Below are positions 59,685 to 64,000 of a stretch of DNA of 64,000 bases, piece after piece. Where the stretch lies: the NCBI GenBank assembly GCA_019057385.1, contig JAHQJS010000007.1, positions 651,685-715,684 on the forward strand, read 5' to 3'. Both the position numbers and the translations under genes were made by a program. Below the pieces are notes generated by a model. It ran no database searches. It had not been told where the DNA came from and worked only from the letters and a program-made list of their open reading frames with translations. The DNA comes from Candidatus Borrarchaeum weybense (lineage in GTDB: Archaea > Asgardarchaeota > Sifarchaeia > Borrarchaeales > Borrarchaeaceae). Numbering within the stretch: position 1 is the first letter of the stretch; each line of letters begins with the position of its first letter.

Positions 59685-61124
59685 ATGCCAATGGTATCGA
59701 TCATTAAGGAAACTGATCCTGAAATCGCTGTTGAAAAGGCAATTAATCTGTTAGGTGGAATAAGAAGTTTTATAAATAAAGGAGAGACCGTCTTTATACA
59801 CCCCAATTGGTGTGGAGGCGTGCCAGGCAAACAAGGGTCATATACTAATCCAAAAGTACTCACTACGTTGATCAAATTAATTGATTCTTGTAATCCTGCA
59901 AAAATTATTGTTGGTGAATCAGAAGCTACAAGTCAACACTTTAACCTTATGTATATGTCTTCAGGCTCGAAAGAAGCCATAGAAGAACTAAAATCAACAA
60001 ATGGAATTGATGTACAGGTCGTCAATTTAAGCGAAGGAGAAATGGTGACTATTGATCATCCAGATGCCTACATCGCAAAAAAGTTAACTGTTTCTAAAGT
60101 TTTAACAAAAGCAGATAAAATAGTCAACGTTCCAGTATTAAAATCTCATGTTTTTTGCGATATAACTGTTAGTTTAAAGAATATGTTTGGTTTACTCCCA
60201 GAACGTAAGAAAGGACGACTTCATTTTAAAGGACTCAATGAAATCATTGTAGATATAAATTCTGCATTTCCTTCCGACTTAATTGTCGTTGACGGTATCA
60301 TCGGTATGGATGGATGGGGTCCGCTCAAAGGTGATCCTAAGGAATTAGGTTTTGTTTTAGCAGGTGATAATCTTTTAGCAGTAGATACTGTCGCGGCTAC
60401 CATCGCTGGATATGATCCTACAAGCATTACACATTTTCAATTAGCTGAACAAAAAAATATTGGTTCACTCAGCATGGAAACCATTGAACTTAAAGGCAAT
60501 TCAATAACTGATGTTAAGCCAACGTCGTTTAAGAAACCGCCTGAAAATGTTGTAGAGGGATACAGAAAACAAGTAAAGGAGTTGCGAGAGGAGTTAGCTG
60601 CCAAATCTATATCTTTTGAAGAAGGTGCTACATTCATCCAAGATGCTATATTTGCTGAATGGCAAGATGCTTTTGAGGGCTGGCAATCCAAAAGTAAACC
60701 ATCCGCTCCGAAAGCCGTTCCAAAACCACCCAGCGAGGTAAAAAGATCGGGAAAGGCTGAAGTAATTGCTAGAATGGAAAAGATAAATCGGAGTGAAAAA
60801 GCCAAAGAAAAAATGAAAAAATGGGCTAAAAAGAAGCCAAAAATTGTTCAATTCATTCTAGACGGAGAACCTGGTCCCTTTTATTGTGTTTTTGAACAAG
60901 ACAAGGTAAATGTCGTCGAAGGTACTTGCGAACAAAAAACGGATGTAATTTTCGAAACAGATACGGAAACATGGACACAACTTCAACTTGGCGAAGTGGA
61001 TGGAGTACAAGCATATTATGATGGAGCTTATAAGATATACGGAGGCAGCGGCATGGGCAAATTCGATGACGCGAAGACCTATACAGCGATTTGTTGGGAG
61101 AGTTACAAAGACTTAGGGGAATGA
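59685..61124 (+). CDS. DUF362 domain protein fused to C-terminal SCP2 sterol-carrier domain
   Basis: VPVLKSH...SLKNMFG, DGIIGMDG.GP; C-terminal D..F.TD..TW..L..GE.DG..AY..G..KI.G. Confidence 0.8.
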   Translation: MPMVSIIKETDPEIAVEKAINLLGGIRSFINKGETVFIHPNWCGGVPGKQGSYTNPKVLTTLIKLIDSCNPAKIIVGESEATSQHFNLMYMSSGSKEAIEELKSTNGIDVQVVNLSEGEMVTIDHPDAYIAKKLTVSKVLTKADKIVNVPVLKSHVFCDITVSLKNMFGLLPERKKGRLHFKGLNEIIVDINSAFPSDLIVVDGIIGMDGWGPLKGDPKELGFVLAGDNLLAVDTVAATIAGYDPTSITHFQLAEQKNIGSLSMETIELKGNSITDVKPTSFKKPPENVVEGYRKQVKELREELAAKSISFEEGATFIQDAIFAEWQDAFEGWQSKSKPSAPKAVPKPPSEVKRSGKAEVIARMEKINRSEKAKEKMKKWAKKKPKIVQFILDGEPGPFYCVFEQDKVNVVEGTCEQKTDVIFETDTETWTQLQLGEVDGVQAYYDGAYKIYGGSGMGKFDDAKTYTAICWESYKDLGE

Positions 61125-61154
61125 TGGAAAACAACAGATTCTTTCTTTGGATAA

Positions 61155-61583
61155 TCAGTGCTCTGCTAATTTAGGTTTTAAGCTAATCGCTTTTCGATAA
61201 CATTCAAGAGCCTGAATAGGATTATGTGAGCTTATGTAAAGAAGGCCCATGTTATACCATGTTAATGCATGGTCAGGGTTTATTCTTACTGCATTTTGAA
61301 AACACTCATATGCCTTCTTGTTGTCACCTAGCTCGTAATGAGTAGCTCCCAAGTTATTCCAAGTATCTGCTAGTTCAGAATCGATGCTTAATGCTTTTTG
61401 AAAACAATAAATTGCTTTTTCATACTCATGCAATTTGAAAAAGGCATATCCCATATTACTCCATTGCTTGACGAAATTAGGATCTAGTTTTACAGCTTGA
61501 TCGTACTCTTTTATTGCTTCTCTATATTGGCCTTGTGCCAAATATACTGTTCCTTTATCGAAATGACCCTTTGCTGACTCCAT
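61155..61583 (-). CDS. TPR repeat protein (~4 repeats)
   Basis: TPR consensus; paralogous to the TPRs at 5069-10805. Confidence 0.9.
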   Translation of the reverse strand: MESAKGHFDKGTVYLAQGQYREAIKEYDQAVKLDPNFVKQWSNMGYAFFKLHEYEKAIYCFQKALSIDSELADTWNNLGATHYELGDNKKAYECFQNAVRINPDHALTWYNMGLLYISSHNPIQALECYRKAISLKPKLAEH

Positions 61584-61724
61584 TTTGCCATGCTGCCCCC
61601 TATAAAATAACTAAGCAATTACGAGTCTGCATAGAAAAAATAAATTATCTTTATTAAAAACCTCACTTCTTAGGCAAATAAGATCTCTATCATTCCATAG
61701 CTTAATTGATGATCGAAACGACTT

Positions 61725-62681
61725 TTAGCTCTGTATTTGTTGCCTTAGGAGTTTAAAGAATGCCGTTAGATCTATGTTTCCGCCGCTTATTATCATTCCA
61801 ACTCTTTTGTTCTTAACTTTTAGGTCTCCAAAACGTAAACCAGCTAACGGAACTGCTCCTGATGGTTCTACTACAAGTTTCATTCGTTCCCATAGAAACT
61901 TCATGGCCTTTAGAATTTGTTTCTCGGTTACAGTCAAGATATCAGCAACATTTTCTTGGATAATCTTGAATGTGATGTTACCCAATGATGTCCTAAGTCC
62001 ATCTGCAATAGTATTAGGGTTGACTGAAGGAACAATTTTACCTGTTTTAAAGGATCTGTAAGCATCGTCGGCATTTTTGGGCTCTACTCCTATTACCTTC
62101 GCCTCTGAACAAAGACCTTTAACTGCAATTGACGTGCCACTTATCAATCCTCCACCACCCACTGGTGCTAAAACCATATCAAGCGAACCTACTTCCTCAA
62201 TTAATTCATAAGCAGCGGTACCCGCTCCATAAATGACATTTAAATCGTTGTAAGGATGAATTAACGTATATTCATGTTGTTTAATTAATTCTGCTGTCTT
62301 TTCTGCACGATCTGTAGGTTTAATTCCGCAAAACACAATTTTTGCACCATAACCACGTGTTGCAGCGATTTTCACGTGGGAGGAATTCTCTGGCATAACT
62401 ATAACCGCATTAACATCCAGTAAATTGGCTGCTAGGGCAACAGCTTGAGCATGATTACCAGAAGAATGGGTAATCACTCCTTTTCGCTTTTCTTCAAGAG
62501 GTAATTGACTGATAGCATTATAAGCCCCACGAAATTTGAAGGCACCAATTCGCTGAAAATTCTCGCATTTAAGAAAAATCTGTCCCCCAGTTATAGCATT
62601 AAGGTTACGGCTAGTCATTACTGGTGTGCGATTGGCTATTAGCCTGAGTCTTTCACGTGCTGCCTCAACTTCGTCAAACAT
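61725..62681 (-). CDS. Serine/threonine dehydratase / serine racemase family
   Basis: LKCENFQRIGAFKFRGA, SSGNHAQA, GGGGL, EPSGA, SGGN. Confidence 0.92.
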   Translation of the reverse strand: MFDEVEAARERLRLIANRTPVMTSRNLNAITGGQIFLKCENFQRIGAFKFRGAYNAISQLPLEEKRKGVITHSSGNHAQAVALAANLLDVNAVIVMPENSSHVKIAATRGYGAKIVFCGIKPTDRAEKTAELIKQHEYTLIHPYNDLNVIYGAGTAAYELIEEVGSLDMVLAPVGGGGLISGTSIAVKGLCSEAKVIGVEPKNADDAYRSFKTGKIVPSVNPNTIADGLRTSLGNITFKIIQENVADILTVTEKQILKAMKFLWERMKLVVEPSGAVPLAGLRFGDLKVKNKRVGMIISGGNIDLTAFFKLLRQQIQS

Positions 62682-62778
62682 ATTTATCGAGAAAGTAGTG
62701 AAAAGAAGTGTTTAAAAATTCTTCTACCGCCTAAACTTTGAGTATAAGGGTGGTTTTTTTTATTGAAGAAACGATTCA

Positions 62779-62822
62779 GTGAACTACCACCCAATAAGGT
62801 GAGGGGTCTTCTTGCGAGGGGA
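62779..62822 (-). mobile_element. Minimal IS200/IS605 end-only element, family A
   Basis: Minus strand ...CCCCTCGCAAGAAGACCCCTCACCTTATTGGGTGGTAGTTCAC: left and right ends of the 42638 element fused. Confidence 0.7.
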
Positions 62823-63050
62823 TTAAAACCTATTATTTTGAGAGATACGCTTCAAAAATCAAGTGTTTTTCTCTCAATGCACTTCTATTCGCACAGACTT
62901 ATTCCTTTTTCTGTTTTTTCTTTTTAGCTTGCTTTCGACCTTTTTTCCCCATAAATTTACACCTCTTACGCCTAAAGATTGTGGCATAAATCTATAAAAA
63001 CTTTTAGAATCAAAAAAAAAATTTGACGCGACTCTACCGATTTTGTTACT

Positions 63051-63301
63051 CGCGAACAAGGGGCACAGTTCTTCAAAGAACTCGGAGAGAAGGTACAATC
63101 CGAACCATTTGAAATTCTGGGTTTTACTGCTCAAGATGATAGGATGATCGTTGAGGGACGTAATCGAGGAGTCGTCAAGGCCACCGGTCAAGCCTATGAA
63201 CATGATTGGGTAATGTTTTTCACTCTGAAAGAAGGCAAAATTTCGAGATGCTAGCAATACTACGCACAGTTGATGTAGCAACGGCATTTCGCGGTGAATG
63301 A
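63051..63301 (+). pseudogene. SnoaL/NTF2-like protein pseudogene fragment
   Basis: AQFFKEL...AQDDRMIVEG...ATGQAYEHDWVMFFTLKEGKI, then in-frame TAG and a frameshift; no start. Confidence 0.7.
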
Positions 63302-63347
63302 ACTCCTTAGTGAGGCTAAAGTGATTTAATAAGAAAAGGACTATACA

Positions 63348-63998
63348 CTAACCAGTCGCTTGGGTCGTGCAAAATCTTTCTAAATATTCCCTGGCTAGTT
63401 CTCCCGCTTCCTTAACAGTTTCCCAGGGTATTCCAGGTACTCCGCATGACATGATCAGAATATTTTTTGTTGTAGGCATGATCTTTGAAAAATCAGCATC
63501 CCTGTAGGGATATATGGCAATTAACCTTTCCTCATCAGAAACGACTATTTCCTTTCCAGTTAAAATTTTAGGTGTTTTCATACCTATTCCTAAGAATTCT
63601 TCATTTGCAGTCGCAAATCTCATAGTTAGTTCTCCTGGAATCAGATCAGCATTAAAAGCGGCGAGGGGAATTCCACTTTTAATGGATGCAAGATTATAGG
63701 CATCCACACCAGTATTAATTTTCGGTAATGGCTTTCCCTGAAGAATTCTCCTGATTAAAGCTTCAGAAGCGGGCCTTATCTTCGTTGGGTCTATATTGAT
63801 TTTCCAGAAGAAATCTCGATATTTCCTGAAAGTCTCATTATCCTTGAGAGTTTCTAAGAGATAAGATGATTTAATTTCATGAATAATAACTTCTTTGAAT
63901 TTCTCTAAATGAAGTGCTTCCTTCTCTATTTTAAGGTCTTTAACGGTCAAAAAACTGACCCTTAAATCGGGAAACCTTTCCCTAATCTCTTGATGATA
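63348..63998 (-). CDS. B3/B4 domain protein (PheRS-beta editing-like), 5' truncated by window
   Basis: IDPTKIRPASEALIRR, IN..VDAYN, YPYRD; frame open to window end. Confidence 0.88.
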   Translation of the reverse strand, partial: YHQEIRERFPDLRVSFLTVKDLKIEKEALHLEKFKEVIIHEIKSSYLLETLKDNETFRKYRDFFWKINIDPTKIRPASEALIRRILQGKPLPKINTGVDAYNLASIKSGIPLAAFNADLIPGELTMRFATANEEFLGIGMKTPKILTGKEIVVSDEERLIAIYPYRDADFSKIMPTTKNILIMSCGVPGIPWETVKEAGELAREYLERFCTTQATG

Positions 63999-64000
63999 TG

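Noticed and set aside
63252-63254. In-frame TAG as possible pyrrolysine codon
   Set aside because: A frameshift and a missing 5' end indicate pseudogenisation; no convincing Sec/Pyl read-through was seen in the window.
62874-63287. 137-aa minus-strand ORF
   Set aside because: Antisense to a recognisable SnoaL-like pseudogene; remainder is low complexity.

Overview
AT-rich archaeal chromosomal window, most likely from an Asgard-type archaeon. This is inferred from HMf-fold histones of the GRKK type, a solo roadblock protein, TFB, a proteasome alpha subunit, an AN1 zinc finger, many pure-TPR proteins, GGTGA/GGAGG SD motifs and TATA boxes. Most genes are metabolic, transport or signalling genes; no rRNA, tRNA or CRISPR array was seen. 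Main points of interest: (1) three histone genes in tandem cassettes with shared conserved cis-elements (5' UTR hairpin, operator palindrome, distal block, 3' motif); (2) a solo tyrosine recombinase with four N-terminal homing-endonuclease-associated repeats; (3) a dense IS200/IS605 population: one intact IscB with omega-RNA, two ~250 bp ORF-less elements that keep TnpB-type omega-RNA scaffolds, and several 45-110 bp end-only elements; (4) a phased operator array upstream of an RHH-like gene; (5) a three-gene PIN toxin-antitoxin module; (6) a vWA / zinc-ribbon gene run among paralogous TPR genes; (7) apparent ATC/ATT start codons. All calls come from reading motifs by eye; no database searches were run.
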